DNA of 64,000 bases from the human T2T-CHM13v2.0 reference genome, Homo sapiens. Of the stretch, positions 44,041 to 62,299 are shown in pieces. The notes under the pieces were generated by a model. That model was given only the letters and a program-made list of their open reading frames with translations, did no database searches and was not told the DNA's origin. A program made the translations under genes and the position numbers. Position 1 is the stretch's first letter; every line of letters starts with the position of its first letter. The stretch lies in the NCBI RefSeq assembly GCF_009914755.1, contig NC_060937.1, one strand, 5' to 3'.

Positions 44041-44713
44041 GTGTCTGCTGACTTTTCAGGATTCATCTTTTAGTATGTTGTCTATGGCTTTACTCTTTTC
44101 CTCAAGCTAATATTTATTTCACACCATTCAGATTAACAGTCTTCTAATTGGTAGCTTTGCTTTTGAAATGGTTCACTCTTCATTCTTTCAATACTGCTGT
44201 CAGAGCCATCTTTCAAAAATGAAATTTGTACCTAGCTTTCAGTTCCCAGTTTCTAAATACTGCACCCCTTAACAGGACCAGAGGTAAGGTACAAAGTGAG
44301 CTCAGAACAATTTGTCATGTCAGAAAGTTAAAAAGTACTCACAAAATGTTAGATACATGTTAGGATACAAGTACCTGTAGATGATTCCATGGGAAAAGAA
44401 TAGTCTTCAAGAAATGATGATGCTAGGACAACTGGATATCCGCATGCAAAACAATGAAGTTGGGCCTCTGCCTCACATCATATACAAAAAAAATTAACTT
44501 AAATGGATCAGCAACCTGAATATAAAAGCTAAAACTATAGAACTCTTAGAAGACAACATAGGGGTAAATCTTCATGGCCTTGGATTTGACAGTGGATTCT
44601 TAAATATGACACTGAAAACGCAAGAAACAAAATTAGACAAATTTGACTTCATTGAAATTAAAAATTTTTGTGCACCAAAGAACATTGTCAGAGATGTGAA
44701 AGACAGTCTATAG

Positions 44714-45052
<339 letters not shown>

Positions 45053-45557
45053 TGAATCATGTATCTCTTAAGGGTCTAGCATCCACAATATATAAAGAAC
45101 TATTACACAGAAAAAGCCAGTCCAATTAAAACTGGGCAAATGACTTGAAAAACTTTTCTCCAAAGAAGATGGAGTGGCCAGCAAACACAAGAAAAGATGC
45201 TCAACATCATTAGTCATTAGGGAAATGCAAATCAAAACCAAGAGATACATTATACTCACTAGGATAGATATAATTAAAAAATGGAATAACAAACTGGCAA
45301 GAATGTAGAATAAGTGGAATCCTTATACATTTTTGTTAGGCACATAAAATGGTGCAGCCACAATGGAGAAGTTTGGTGGTTCCTCAAAAAGTTAAACATA
45401 AGAATTACCATATGACCTAATTATTCCACAAGTACTATGTGGAATATCCAAAGGAACGTGTATATCCAAAAGAAATGAAAACAAGTACTGAAATACTTTT
45501 GTACATGAATGTTTATAGCAGCACTATTCTAAATAGCCAGAAGGTGGAAATAGCCTA

Positions 45558-46013
<456 letters not shown>

Positions 46014-46394
46014 TCACAAAAGATCACTATTGTATGATTTTGTTTATATTAAACATCCAAAATAGGTAAATGCATAGAGATAGAAAGCAGATTGGTGATT
46101 ACCAGGGGCTCGGAATAGGGTAGAATGTAGAGTGACTGCTTAATAGGCATAGGAATTTCTTATGAGTAATGAAAATGTTTTGGAAGTATACATGGAGGTG
46201 ATGATTGCACAACATTGTGAATGTACCAAATGCCACTGAAGGTTACACTTTAATATGGTTAATTTTATGTTATATGAATTTCACTTCAATAAAAATGTTA
46301 ATAGTTACAGAAATTGATTATAATATTGATTTTTAAAAGAATCCATGAGTCCATATTGAGACTAAAAAAAAATTAAAATTGAAAGAGGGGGCTT

Positions 46395-47215
46395 GTGTTT
46401 GTTTTAGAGATGAGATCTCACTCTGTCACTCAGGCTGGAGTGCAGTGGCGTGATCATAACTCACTGCAGCCTCAAACTCCCGGACTCAAGTAATCCCACT
46501 CTCCCAGCCTCCTAAGTAGCTGAGACTACAGGCTTGCACCAGCATGCTTGGCTTTTTCTTTTCTTTCCTTTTCCATTTTCCATTTTCCCTCTCTTCTCTT
46601 CCCTTCCCTTCCCTTCCCTTCCCTTCCCTTCCCTTCCCTTCCCTTCCCTTCCCTTCCCTTCCCTTCCCTTCCCTTCCCTCCCCTTCCCTCCCCTCCCCTC
46701 CCCTCCCCTCCCTTCCCCTCCCCTCCCCTCCCCTTCTCCCCTCCCTTCCCCTCCCCTCTCCTCTCCTCCCCTCCCCTCTCCTCCCCTCCCCTCTCCTCCC
46801 CTCCCCTCTCCCCTCCCTTCCCCTCCCCTCCCCTTCTCCCCTCCCCTCTCCTCCCCTCCCCTCTCCTCCCCTCCCCTCTCCTCTCCTCCCCTCTCCTCCC
46901 CTCCCCTCTCCCCTCCCCTCTCCCTTCCCCTCTCCCCTCCCCTCTCCCCTCCCCTCTCCCCTCCCCTCTCCCCTCCCCTCTCCCCTCCCCTCCCCTCCCC
47001 TCCCCTCCCCTCTCCCTCTCCTCTCCCTCTCCTCTCCCTCTCCTCTCCTCTCCCTCTCCTCTCCTCTCCCTCTCCTCTCCTCTCCCTCTCCTCTCCTCTT
47101 CTCTCCTCTCCTCTCCTCTCCTCTCCCAAGCTGGTCTCAAACTCTTGGCCTCAAGTGATCCTCCTGCCTCAGCCTTCCAGTGGGCTGAGATTACAGGCAT
47201 GAGGTACCACATCCA
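46395..47215 (-). mobile_element. AluJ with expanded central linker
   Basis: Right arm about 46400-46552, left arm about 47125-47215. Confidence 0.85.
46553..47127. repeat. Compound polypyrimidine microsatellite (CCCTT)n/(CCCCT)n/(CTCCT)n
   Basis: About 570 bp of nearly pure C/T. Confidence 0.97.
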
Positions 47216-47639
47216 GTGAAAGGCTCTTCTTGGAGAAGAATGGTGACTAATACATGTAGAAAGAATGATGTTTTAAAATCACCATTTTACAGTCCCCATA
47301 GTAATAATTGATTTAGTAATTGCGGAAACCATTGTGTAAAGGATTGCCAGGGACAAGAATATTCACAAAGCCCCGAAGTATCACCATGTTGATTATCACT
47401 ATTGAAGGGAAACTGTGCCTTTCTCATAGAGACATCTGACAGATACTACCTTAACAAAATGATCAAACCTTACACCACCCAGGTACTCTAAAACCATTTA
47501 CCAAAAAGAGTGAGAGTGAGCAAAAGTGGCAACACGTTAATTGGTGAATGTAGGTGAAGTTTACATGGGTGCTAATTGAACTATTCTTGCATTTTTTTCT
47601 ATAGGTTTAAAATTTTTCAAAATAAGTGGGGGTAAAGAT

Positions 47640-48205
47640 GAAATTTGGATATGACCCTTTCCTGTTTAATAGTGTTGCCTGAAGGTTAACAGTTGAACTC
47701 TTTAGCCTACTAGTTAAGGATCCTTATGATTCAGCCCCTGTTTATCTTTCCAGTCTTATCTTTTTCCATCACATTTCTCAAACTAGTTTAAATGTTAGCT
47801 ATGCCACACTACTTCCTATTTTTCAGATTGCTCATGTTCTCTTTCACCCTCATGACTTCGTACACATTATATGTGCCCTCTCCTTGAAGTTTCCTTTTCC
47901 TGTCTTTATCTTGCAGACTTCTGCTTGTCTCGCTGAATTCTGTGTAGTTTATCATTTCTTGCAGGAATCTTCCCTGATCATCCTAGGTTGAGTGGATGCT
48001 TATAATGCATTGCTCATATTCCTGTTATACCACTTGTTACACTATAAGTTAATTGGCTGAGTACTTGTCTGTTTTCTTCCTAGACTGGGAACTCCTTGAT
48101 GCCTTGGACTGTGATTTATTTTTCTTCTTTTGGTGTCCACAGTACCTGCAAGAGTGTGTGCCACACGGTAGCTGTTTAAGAAAAGATTTTTACATAAATG
48201 AATAA
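47640..48205 (+). mobile_element. L2 3' portion
   Basis: tagactgggaactccttga...aaatgaataaat tail. Confidence 0.65.
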
Positions 48206-48689
48206 ATTTCACCTCCTGCTATTTCCCTGGATATTTTAACTTAAAATAGGTCTGTTTATCTTCATTTGTACTTAATATCAGTTTTATGTGTATATCATGT
48301 TTGGTTTTCTTAGTTTTATTTCTTTTTCTCAACTTTATATAGTGAATGATTTTGTTACAGAAATTATTAGTAATTTATAGAATTCTGCAGCACAACTAGT
48401 ACATGATAGGATTTGATCCAATAAGTATGAACATTTCTTGCTTAACTGTACTACATTGCTAAGCACTGTGGGAGAATATAATAGAGATGACATTTTGGCA
48501 ATTTAGACAATGAGCTAATGTTTCCTAACATTAAAGCCAAATCTATAACTCATTTTCTATACAAATAAAACTTCTGGATTTAGCAGAGATGTAAATATGA
48601 TTTTAAAAGGAAAGAAACTCTAAATATACTAAAAACATTTAGGTAAGTTTTTTTTTTAAAATAATCATGTAATATAAAGTCCTTTATAG

Positions 48690-49108
48690 TGCTGACCTAA
48701 AAGGAAGAAGCTGAGGCAAAATTCATGGAAGTAGAGCTTATTTGGGCCAGGGTCGAGGATTGTAAACCAGGAGCATGGATTCAAGTTGCCCTGAATGTAG
48801 ACTCCAATTAGCAGCAGTTACAAGTAGGTTTTGAAATGAAAGGAAGCAATTCCTAAATTGTTTCCAAGAAATTACATTAATATAACAAGCTATTGATTGG
48901 GTATACATTATTCCTTGTATCACAAATTCCAGGAAAATGAAGATAATGGGTGAGTCAGTTAGTCAGGAACAAAATATCTTTAAACAATTGCCCCTGGGCA
49001 TGGGTGCATAGGGTGTGACTGAAGTCCCATACTCACGTCTCTCTGGGCCTGATAAATTTTACATGCCTCACATAGCTCAGACTGCTCTGAGCTGTTTTTC
49101 TTTTCTCA
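48690..49108 (-). mobile_element. ERV1-class solo LTR (subfamily not assigned)
   Basis: TG...CA termini: TGAGAAAAGAAAAACAGCTCAGAGCAGTCTGAG ... CTTCTTCCTTTTAGGTCAGCA on the - strand. Confidence 0.7.
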
Positions 49109-49358
49109 GTAATATAAAATGAAACCCAGAAGCTATAAAGGAAAACATATTGATATAATAATTCTTCTACTTAAAAATGTAAAACTCTAGTGTAGCAAAA
49201 CAAATTTTTTTATTTGAAAAAAGAGAAAGTATCTGTGTTACATGTTATGGCAAAGGGCTCATTTCCTTGGCATACAAACGACTATTACAAATCAGTGGAA
49301 GAAATTCAAACAACCCAATTGAAAAACAGGTAAAGGACATCAATAAATAGTCTGTGGA

Positions 49359-50225
<867 letters not shown>

Positions 50226-50304
50226 ATATGTTATAATGAATGAGTAGGTCTGTATACTGCTGTGGAAAATTGTATGAGTGAAAAAATCCATCATACTTTT
50301 CAAT

Positions 50305-50732
50305 TCCTGATTCAGTTATCTATTGTTGTGTAACAAACCAACTCAAAACTTAGTGCGTCAAATCAGCAAACATTTATTTGCTCCATTTCTGCTCTCTGGG
50401 CAGAGCTCAACTGGGCAGTCTTTGCACTGGTCTTGCCTAGAGTCACTCACCTACTTAAAGACGTATAGAGTCAACTAGAGCTGGAAACCTGCAATGGGCT
50501 GGTCAGGCAGCTCTCTCTCCCCATCTCTGTGGCATCTTCAGCAGAGTGTCTGGACCTTTTTTACATGGTAGCTCAGGAACCCAGGAGGGAACTTTCCAAG
50601 AGTCACAGGGCCCAGTATCTAAGTGCTTATGAAAACCAAGTCACATGGCCAAGCCCAGAGTTAGTATTGAGGACTACACAATATGTAATACCAAGAGGTG
50701 TGATTCACTGGGGACCACCAGTGTAACCACAC
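50305..50732 (-). mobile_element. MLT1 (H/I-like) MaLR LTR
   Basis: cagttatctattgttgtgtaacaaacc...caaaacttagtg...caagtcacatggccaagcccagag. Confidence 0.72.
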
Positions 50733-51759
50733 TTCCTAATTTATGTTACATACCTATTTATCTGTTTATTGCCACTCTTCCATTAGAATGTATCATCTGC
50801 AAGAGGATGGGTTCTGCTTATCTTGTTCACCTATATCAGCCTAGAACAAGATATACTACATTGTTGGATTTCAGTAAATTTTTGCTGAATATATATGTCT
50901 AGTAAGATGTTGTGTTTAAAGAAAATGGTGTGTATTAGGGGAGGCTGGTATTTCTGTGTGCATAATAAACTTCTGGAAAGATAAACATAATGGTTTTATG
51001 ATTAAACATGATGGTTTCTGGATTTGAAAAGGAATAAGGGGACAAGAGGGGACCTTTTACTCTATTTCATTTACATTGTGTATTTCCATGACTGTATCCC
51101 AGTTTTATAACTTAATACATAGTAAAATATGAGAATCATTCTTTATTTGTAAAAAAATTATTTTCTTAGACATTTATAAGAAATACTAAAATTAGAGTAC
51201 AAGGCCAAGCAGCTTGTAAAAATGATTTAAAGTTGTCTGGTCAGTATGATAGAGTTCTTAAAAACATTCAAGTTTATGCTAAATGAATGTTATTCATTTA
51301 CTTATTCTCCTACTCAACAAAGATTTTTTGAGTATATAATAAGTACTATAGTACATTGTTTTGGGTATCTCAGTGACAAGATTCTTTGTCTTCCAGAGTT
51401 CTATTAGTTCAATTGGCAGACCTGGTTGGATGAATAGGAAAATGCCAAATTATAAAATACCTTTGAAAATTCTTAAAAAACTGTATTCCTGTATTCGTTT
51501 TGGTTATTAAAATAGTCATTTGGAGCCAAGCATAGTAAAGATTTTGAGTCAGAGACAAAAGAATAAAATAGTAAGACTTTTTCATTTGTGACTTCTGAAC
51601 TAACTCTCAAGGCAATCTAGAAAAAAGTAGTTTTAGTTCTTCTGAGTTCTCTAGAGTAGATCTCTCACCCTTATAGTTCATTGCTAGATAACCTAAAGAG
51701 TATCTGGCATTTATGGTGCCCAAGAAACACTTATTGAAGATATATGTAATAGGCTTCAC

Positions 51760-51960
51760 TTACTGCTGCTTACTGTGTATGTCACACTGTGCTGTATGTT
51801 TTACATGTATATTATCTGTTAATCCTTCAACAGCCCTGTGGCAAAATCATTATAGATCTCAGTTTTCAGACTAGGCAACAAAGACTTAAGTAACATACCC
51901 AAAGTTACAAATAGCTATTAAGTGGTGAAGCATATTGAAAGTCAAGATCAGAGATACTTC
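51760..51960 (-). mobile_element. MIR
   Basis: ttaatccttcaacagccctgtg...cagttttcagactaggcaac...aagtaacatacccaaagttaca. Confidence 0.65.
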
Positions 51961-51975
51961 AAAGCTTATATTCTT

Positions 51976-52146
51976 TTTTTTTTTAACAACATTCTTTTTT
52001 TTTTAATATATACTTTAAGTTCTGGGATACATGTGCAGAACATGCAGGTTTGTTACATAGGTATACACGTGCCATGGTGGTTTGCTGCACCCATCAACTG
52101 GTCATCTGCATTAGGTATTTCTCCTAATACTTTCCCCTCACTGCCC
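51976..52146 (-). mobile_element. Severely 5'-truncated L1PA 3' end
   Basis: tactttaagttctgggatacatgtgcagaacatgcagg...; perfect 17-bp TSD tcaaagcttatattctt. Confidence 0.92.
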
Positions 52147-52821
52147 TCAAAGCTTATATTCTTAATGACTATTCCTTTTTGCCCCTCCACCAAACCCATT
52201 CATATGAGACTAGCATTGTTTTGCATCTGTATATGCTTGCATGTTTATTCAAAAAACAGTCTATTTTTTAATTACCTCGGAGAAGACTTTATGGGCAAAA
52301 GTGTAGAGGCAGGAAGGAATGTTTGGCTAGACTAGAGTGGCTTATAATAGACATGACGAGATGGGTAAAGAAGTAATAAATTGTAACCTGGAAAGCCAAA
52401 GGATTGTATCATGCTGTTAATTGGCTATTCTACTAAAAGGTCAGATGAGGGAAGAACTAAAAATTTTTAGTTTTAAAAAAAATTAGCTTTTGGGTTATTT
52501 GTAGATTTTAATTATATTTTCTTTATTCTTCAAGGATATGTAAGATGTGCCTACATTTATGCTTTAAATATCTCTGATTTGTCTATCAACTAATAACATT
52601 AGAGCAGTGTCTTTCGCATTTCTTAATTCCCTCTCTAATTTCCCTGTTTATCCTTCTCTCTGTGCAGATTGTTGGTTTGGCATTCTGTCTGGATAGCCTC
52701 AGCCAACAAGTATTAATAGCTTGGTCAAAACACAGAATTTTGAGGAATCATTGTATCCATAGGGTAAGGTGGATGTAAAGCAAAGATATTTAGGTAGTTT
52801 AGCCATGATTTATTTTATTAA

Positions 52822-52950
52822 CCCATTTATGCCTAGTGTACCATTATTGGAACGCTAAGCTTGTGGGAGTTATTTATATCCTGCTGCTCAAGGTCATCGC
52901 CAAGGTCCGATTTTTCACAAAAAAACCTTATAACCTCCAGCATAAATGGG
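52822..52950 (+). mobile_element. MER85 piggyBac MITE
   Basis: TTAA duplication on both sides; terminal inverted repeats CCCATTTATGC / GCATAAATGGG; internal near-palindrome gtaccattattggaac. Confidence 0.92.
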
Positions 52951-52984
52951 TTAATTTAATCATTTCTTATTGATTTCGTCTGTC

Positions 52985-53140
52985 CTAATAGTTCTTAATC
53001 TACTTTGGGTCTTGGACCTCTAAAAATCTGATGAAAACAGTGCTCAGAAATTGTAATATCTACAGAAAGTTTATATACCAATCCAGGTTGTTTACAAACC
53101 CTTTGAATCCTATCTATGACACCCAGGTTAAGAACTCTTG
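52985..53140. mobile_element. hAT-Charlie MITE (MER103C-like)
   Basis: gttcttaatc...gaccT..aaaatctgatgaaa...ccaggttaagaac termini. Confidence 0.55.
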
Positions 53141-53352
53141 TGCTTTATCTCCATGCTGGTCTCAAGTAACATCCTACAGTAATTCACCACCACTATAAAA
53201 TTTTATCACTAATTAGAAAAAGGGTGGAAAAGATGGAATGCTTTAAAAATTTTAAGAACCATAGATTTGTTAGAATCATTAAAAATGTGTTGGAAATAAA
53301 AGCAAAAGGAACATCCTTCAGTCTACTTTCAAAATTTTAAGTATGTTTTACA

Positions 53353-53698
<346 letters not shown>

Positions 53699-53754
53699 AA
53701 CAGTTGTTGGATCACAAAGGAGATCAAGAACAAAATAGCAGAAAATCTAATAGT

Positions 53755-54370
53755 GGTGAATCAACCATTGTGGAATCAACCATTGTGGCGATTCCTCAAA
53801 GGGCTGAAAACAGAATTACCTTTTGACCCAGCAATTCCATTACTGGATATATGCCCAAAAGAATAGAAATTGTTCTGTTATGTCATGAAGATACATGCAT
53901 GCATCCATTCATTGCCACACTATTCACAATAGCCAAGACATGGAATCAACCTAAATGCCTCTCAGTGGCAGACTGGATGAAGAAAATGTGGTACATATAC
54001 ACCATGGAATACTATGCAGCCATAAAAAGGAATGAGATTGTGTCCTTTGCAGGGACATGGATGGAGCTGGAGGCCATTATCCTTAGCAAACTAACGCAGG
54101 AACAGAAAACAAATACAACATGTTCTTACTTACAAGTGGGAGCTAAATGATGAGAACACATGGACATAAAGAGGGGAACAACAGACACTAGGGCTTACCT
54201 GAAGGTGGAGGGTGGGAGGACGAAGAGGAGTAGGAAAAAATAACTATTGGGTACTAGATTTAGTACCTGGGTTGCAAAATAATACATACAACAAACCCCC
54301 GTGACATCAGTGTTTACTTATATAACAAACCTACACGTGTACCGTGAACCTAAAATAAAAGTTAAAAAAA
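53755..54370 (+). mobile_element. Older L1PA 3' end
   Basis: ORF2 C-terminus ([29 protein letters not shown]) and 3'UTR ending taaaataaaagttaaaaaaa. Confidence 0.9.
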
Positions 54371-55414
54371 ATGTACTGAAAATACTCTACATGGTTAAGC
54401 TGATTTAAGTAAAACTCATAATCTTAAGTGTAGGTATTATTAAGAAGAGAATGAAATGAGTATTTAACTGAAAAGATTAGAAAAAACAAAAAAGTAAGCC
54501 TAAGGAGAACAAAGGAAATGATGAAAGTTAAAAGTAGAAATTAATACCTTTAAAGAAACCTTTAATACCTTTAAAGATGACGGTGGCCTCCTGAGTTAAT
54601 CCTCTGTGGCACTACCCTGCTTAAATAAAACTCTTCATTGTCCTTAAAATGGCTCACTAGACCCTTCATAACCTGGTTCCTATCCACTGCTTACTATATT
54701 TCTCACCCTTCCCGTGTTCCCCCACCCCCATGCTCCAACCATATAGAACTCCAGAATTTCTTTTGGTTCGTTGAACACAGTAAACTTAATGTCATTTCCG
54801 ATCCTTGTGCTTTGCCCTTATTCTTCTCTAGGCCTTCCCACTCTTCTTGCCTGGCCAATTCCTACTGAGTCTTCAAGACACAGCTTAAATTTTACATACT
54901 CTAAAAAGGCATTGAACATACAAATGTACATACACATACACACAAGTGCTCAGGTAACAGACTAATTTACATACTCAATCTTCAGTGGTTTGATAGCATT
55001 TTACTGCCCCTATTATAGCACTTCTCTCACCAGTCAATATCAAAGAAGTGTTTGACAAGAGGAGTAATAATTGAGGTACACCATCAGAAATCCAAAGTTA
55101 CACTGCTTAAAATTATTAAAATGAAGCATATTTCCAAAGCTACTTTTGCTAGAGCAGATACTAGTATGAGTGAGATAGGCCAGAATAGTATATTATAAGC
55201 AAAAGAAAGTATCCTAAATTTAGCAAATTGTATTGGTTAACTCTCAAGGGAAAAAATACTTTTGAGTCTTCAGATAAATTTTAGATACATCAAGGAAATA
55301 AATATAAGCAATTAAGTTATATAAAAACTAGGAAAAATAGGAACTAGTACTAATCCAAACCTCTGGATCAGTGTTGCCTAATAGAAATATAATACAAGCC
55401 ACATAAGTAGTGTT

Positions 55415-55601
<187 letters not shown>

Positions 55602-55750
55602 TAGTGTTAAAATTTTTTAGTAGCCTCATTAAAAAAATAAAAACAGGAAAAATTAATTATAACATTTTAACCCAGTATGTCCAGAATATTGTTTCAACAT
55701 GTAATTGATATAAAAATATGAAGTACCAGAGTTTTTTAATACTAAGCCTT

Positions 55751-58289
<2,539 letters not shown>

Positions 58290-58709
58290 TACTAAGCCTT
58301 TGAAATCCAGTGTTTATTTCACACTTACAGCGCATATCCATACAAACTAGCTACATTTCAAGTGCTTGATAGCCATATGGCTCTTGGCTATCATTGGACA
58401 GCACAGCTGTAGATGAAGTTAAATATAGAAGCAGTAGAAGATAACACAAAGGAAAACAATAAATAACATTGGCTACAGGAAAATAAAGAATTTAGTAAAG
58501 AAAAGGCAGAAAACAAAAAGAAAAATATTTGCAACATATTATAGTACAATATTATTATTCTTAATATGCAAAGGGTTCATACAAATCATTAAAAACACTT
58601 AAAAACCCAAAAGATTAACAGGCAAGATGACACAAGCAGGTAATTTACAAAAGAGCTGGTAACAAACTTAGACATAACAATCAAAGAAGGATAAATTAAA
58701 ACAATAGTA

Positions 58710-59250
58710 CAGGTTGGGCATCCCTAATCTGACAAACCGAAATGCTCCAAAATTGGAAACTTTCTGAGCACCAACATGATGCCACAAGTGGAGAATTCCA
58801 CACCCAACCTCATCTGACAGGTCATATGACAGGTTACAATCAAAACACAGTCAATAATATTGTATGAAATTACCTTCATGCTGTGTGTATAAGGTATATA
58901 TGAAACATAAATGATTTTTGTGTTTAGACTTGGGTCTTATCCCCAAGATATCTCATTTCATATGTATATATATATACACACATATATAAAATATATATGT
59001 ATATATAATATATATGTGTATATATAATATATATGTATATATAATATATGTGTATATATAATATATATGTATATAATATATATGTGTATATATTATATAT
59101 ATGTATATATATTATATATGTGTATATATTATATATATGTGTGTATATGTATATACACACACACATACATATATACATATTCCTTAATAAAAAAAAATCC
59201 CAAATTGGAAACATTTTTGGTCCAAGCATTTTGGCTAAGGGATACTCATA
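58710..59250. mobile_element. Tigger4 (Zombi)-derived MITE with internal (TA)n expansion
   Basis: ta-caggttgggcatccctaatc...gaaatgctccaaaat...ccaagcattttggctaagggatactca. Confidence 0.8.
58960..59180. repeat. (TA)n/(TATG)n compound microsatellite
   Basis: Alternating purine-pyrimidine tract of about 220 bp. Confidence 0.95.
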
Positions 59251-59384
59251 TTTTAATATCCTATTTTCATCTGTCAAGGCAGCAAAGATTTTAAAACTGT
59301 AATTTTCAGGGTTGCAGACAATGTAGTAAAAGGGTGTTCTCATAGACTATGAGAGGGCATTCGAAGTAGTATTATAAAACCCTT

Positions 59385-59630
59385 TCTGTTACTTTTTATT
59401 TCCATAGGTTTTTGGGGAACAGGTGGTGTTTGGTTACATGAATAAGTTCTTTAGTGATGATTTCTGAGATTTGGGTGCACCCATCATCTGAGCAATATAC
59501 ACTGTACCCAATTTATAGTTCTTTATCCCTCACACTCCCCTCTCCTCACCTCCCCGCATCCCGAAAGTTGATTGTGTCATTCTTATGCCTTTGCATCCTC
59601 ATAGCTTAGCTAGCTCCCATTTATGAGTGA
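59385..59630 (-). mobile_element. L1PB 3' end fragment
   Basis: Similar to the 3' end at 32140-32390 (ggtttttggggaacaggtggtgtttggttacatgaataagttc). Confidence 0.85.
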
Positions 59631-60591
59631 GAAAATAGTGATGTTTGGTTTTCCATTCCTGAGTTACTTCATGAAGTAGTAAAACTCCTTTAAAAAGCAG
59701 TTTAGCAACAAGCACCAAAATTCTGTGTTTGGGAATCTATCATGAGGAAACAATACTAGCTGTAGAGAGGTGAAAACTGCATACCAAGACACTCACTTCA
59801 GCATTGTTCACAATAATGGTAAAATTGAAAACTACCTAAATTCCTTAAGTTAGGGGAATGGTTAAGTCGTTTATGGTATAATCTTTTGATGAAATATTTT
59901 CAGTAATAACTTGAAAGTCTTTTTTTTAATAATATTGAACTTTAAAAAAGGTAGAGAATTGAATATCTTGTATCTAGAATTTAAGGGAGAATTAATCCTG
60001 TGCAGCATAAGAAGTTTATCAGAATGTTAACAATGTGTATCTTAGGATAGCAGGACTTTAGTTTTTTTCCCCAGTTTCCTGTTTTTTCTCTGTTTTTCAA
60101 ATGTCGTAAAATCGGTATGTATTACCTTTATAATAAAAGGAAGCCTACTTAAAATGGTGGGATTAATTTAACACATTCTCGAATATAACTTAAGATGTCA
60201 TACTAATTCAGATATGCTCAACTCATGCTCTACCTATCAGTTTATACTTTAGAAAAACATGATACTTAGCAACTGATAAGCTCACTTAGATGATCTAAAT
60301 ATTCTGTGGTTTGACTCCATCTTTGTTTCAGAGTGAAGTTTATTGACTTTTCTTTCTAATGAAAGTGTGTCACTTTCTTCTTTTTTTTATTCCCTTTACT
60401 TTTGGCTTACGTCTAACCTCCAGAAAAGTGATGTCACATTTTTTTTAGCAAACCAGCATCTTAAATGTGTAATCCCCATTTTCCTTCCCAGTTTCATAAG
60501 GTTAAATAGCTTATATCTGCTCTGTTACTATTTTTATATTCTGATTTGCTTTTTTTTGTTTTGATTAATACTTCTTCCCCTCATTTTTAAG

Positions 60592-60667
60592 GTTATTCTG
60601 GTACAAGTTAACCCAGGAGAAGCATTTACAATAAGAAGAGAAGATGGACAGTTTCAGTGCATTACAG
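60592..60667 (+). CDS. FNDC3A: Internal coding exon of fibronectin type III domain-containing protein 3A (phase 0 start, phase 1 end; 76 bp)
   Basis: Pyrimidine tract and AG acceptor (cttcttcccctcatttttaag|) and donor (ACAG|gtaaga) flank an open frame VILVQVNPGEAFTIRREDGQFQCIT(G), matching the recalled FNDC3A N-terminus (...DGTQQVILVQVNPGEAFTIRREDGQFQCITGPAQ...). Confidence 0.93.
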
Positions 60668-61212
60668 GTAAGAATGGTAATTGAGAATAATCATTTGAGA
60701 CCAAATAAACCCCAAAAATTTATGATACATAATAGTGTATATGCCTATGGTTTCTTCCTTCTTTCTCACTACCAGCACACAAAAGCATAAACTCTGATAT
60801 CTTAGCATTTAAGTATTGCAGTGTCATTCTAACTAGTCTCTTTGCCCTGGTTTCCTGATTATGTTGATTATTCTTGATATATTATATTGTTCATGTCTCT
60901 TTCCTGTTCAGCAATCTTTATCAAATCTAGTCCAGGTGTCTTAGTTTTTCAGAAAGATCATTTCAGCTTTTTAGTCTTGTTCCCACTTCCCCTTCAAATT
61001 GCTTTTCTTCAGTTTTTCTAATAGGCTTATTCACTGTCTTTTGAAGCTATCTTGTACTATGTGTTCTGTTTCCCTTATCTGGAATTCACCCTTATCACCA
61101 CTGCCCCCCCCCACCCCCACCCCCACCCCCCCTTTCAGATCCTACCTGTGCTTCAAGACTGAGCTCCAGTCCTACCTTTAACAGGTTTTTTGGAAAGTCT
61201 TTGTTTAGTGAG

Positions 61213-61420
61213 CATCTCCTTAGTACTGTTGACTTTTGGGTCAGGCAGTTCTTTGGTCAGCGGGACTGTTCTGTGAACTGTAGGGTGTTTAGTGGAATTC
61301 CTAGTTTATACCTACTAGCCACTCACCCTCACTTATTCATTTATGACAAACAGAAAAGTCTCTGGATATCCCCAAATATTCCCTGAGGGACAAAATTGGC
61401 TCCAGTTGAGAACCATCTTC
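61213..61420. mobile_element. MER20 (hAT-Charlie)
   Basis: tactgttgacttttggg...tgtagggtgtttagtgg...ccagttgagaacca. Confidence 0.72.
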
Positions 61421-61444
61421 CTATGGGAAGATGAGAGCAATAAA

Positions 61445-61990
<546 letters not shown>

Positions 61991-62299
61991 GTGAGTGCTG
62001 TAGTGTTATTGTTAATAGAAAGTGATCCCCGTCACCTGTGAAACCCCATCATACCAATTATTGCACCATTCATTTACCAAATAACTACACCATCTTGTAA
62101 TATTTCTTCTAGTTGTATTTTTAAAGTTATTTAAATTTTGTATTGTTTAACATAAAATTTTTATTCAGTCTCCCCAGCTAAAGTCTAAGCACTTTGGGGA
62201 CACATACCATTTCTTACATTTCTTTGTATCCCCTTCAATTCTTGGCCTTCCATATGTTGGGTATTTAACTAATAGTTATTGCTTTAGTTTAAAAAGGGA

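Noticed and set aside
46512-47219. Five overlapping 200+ aa ORFs (GERR-rich or PSPL-rich)
   Set aside because: Stop-free only because they run through a C/T microsatellite; their ends lie in Alu arms.
53757-53790. 15-bp tandem duplication gaatcaaccattgtg, and a similar one at 54541-54577
   Set aside because: Ordinary two-copy slippage duplications; not an array or CRISPR-like structure.
58924-59343. Y/I-rich ORFs
   Set aside because: Translations of a (TA)n microsatellite within a Tigger MITE.
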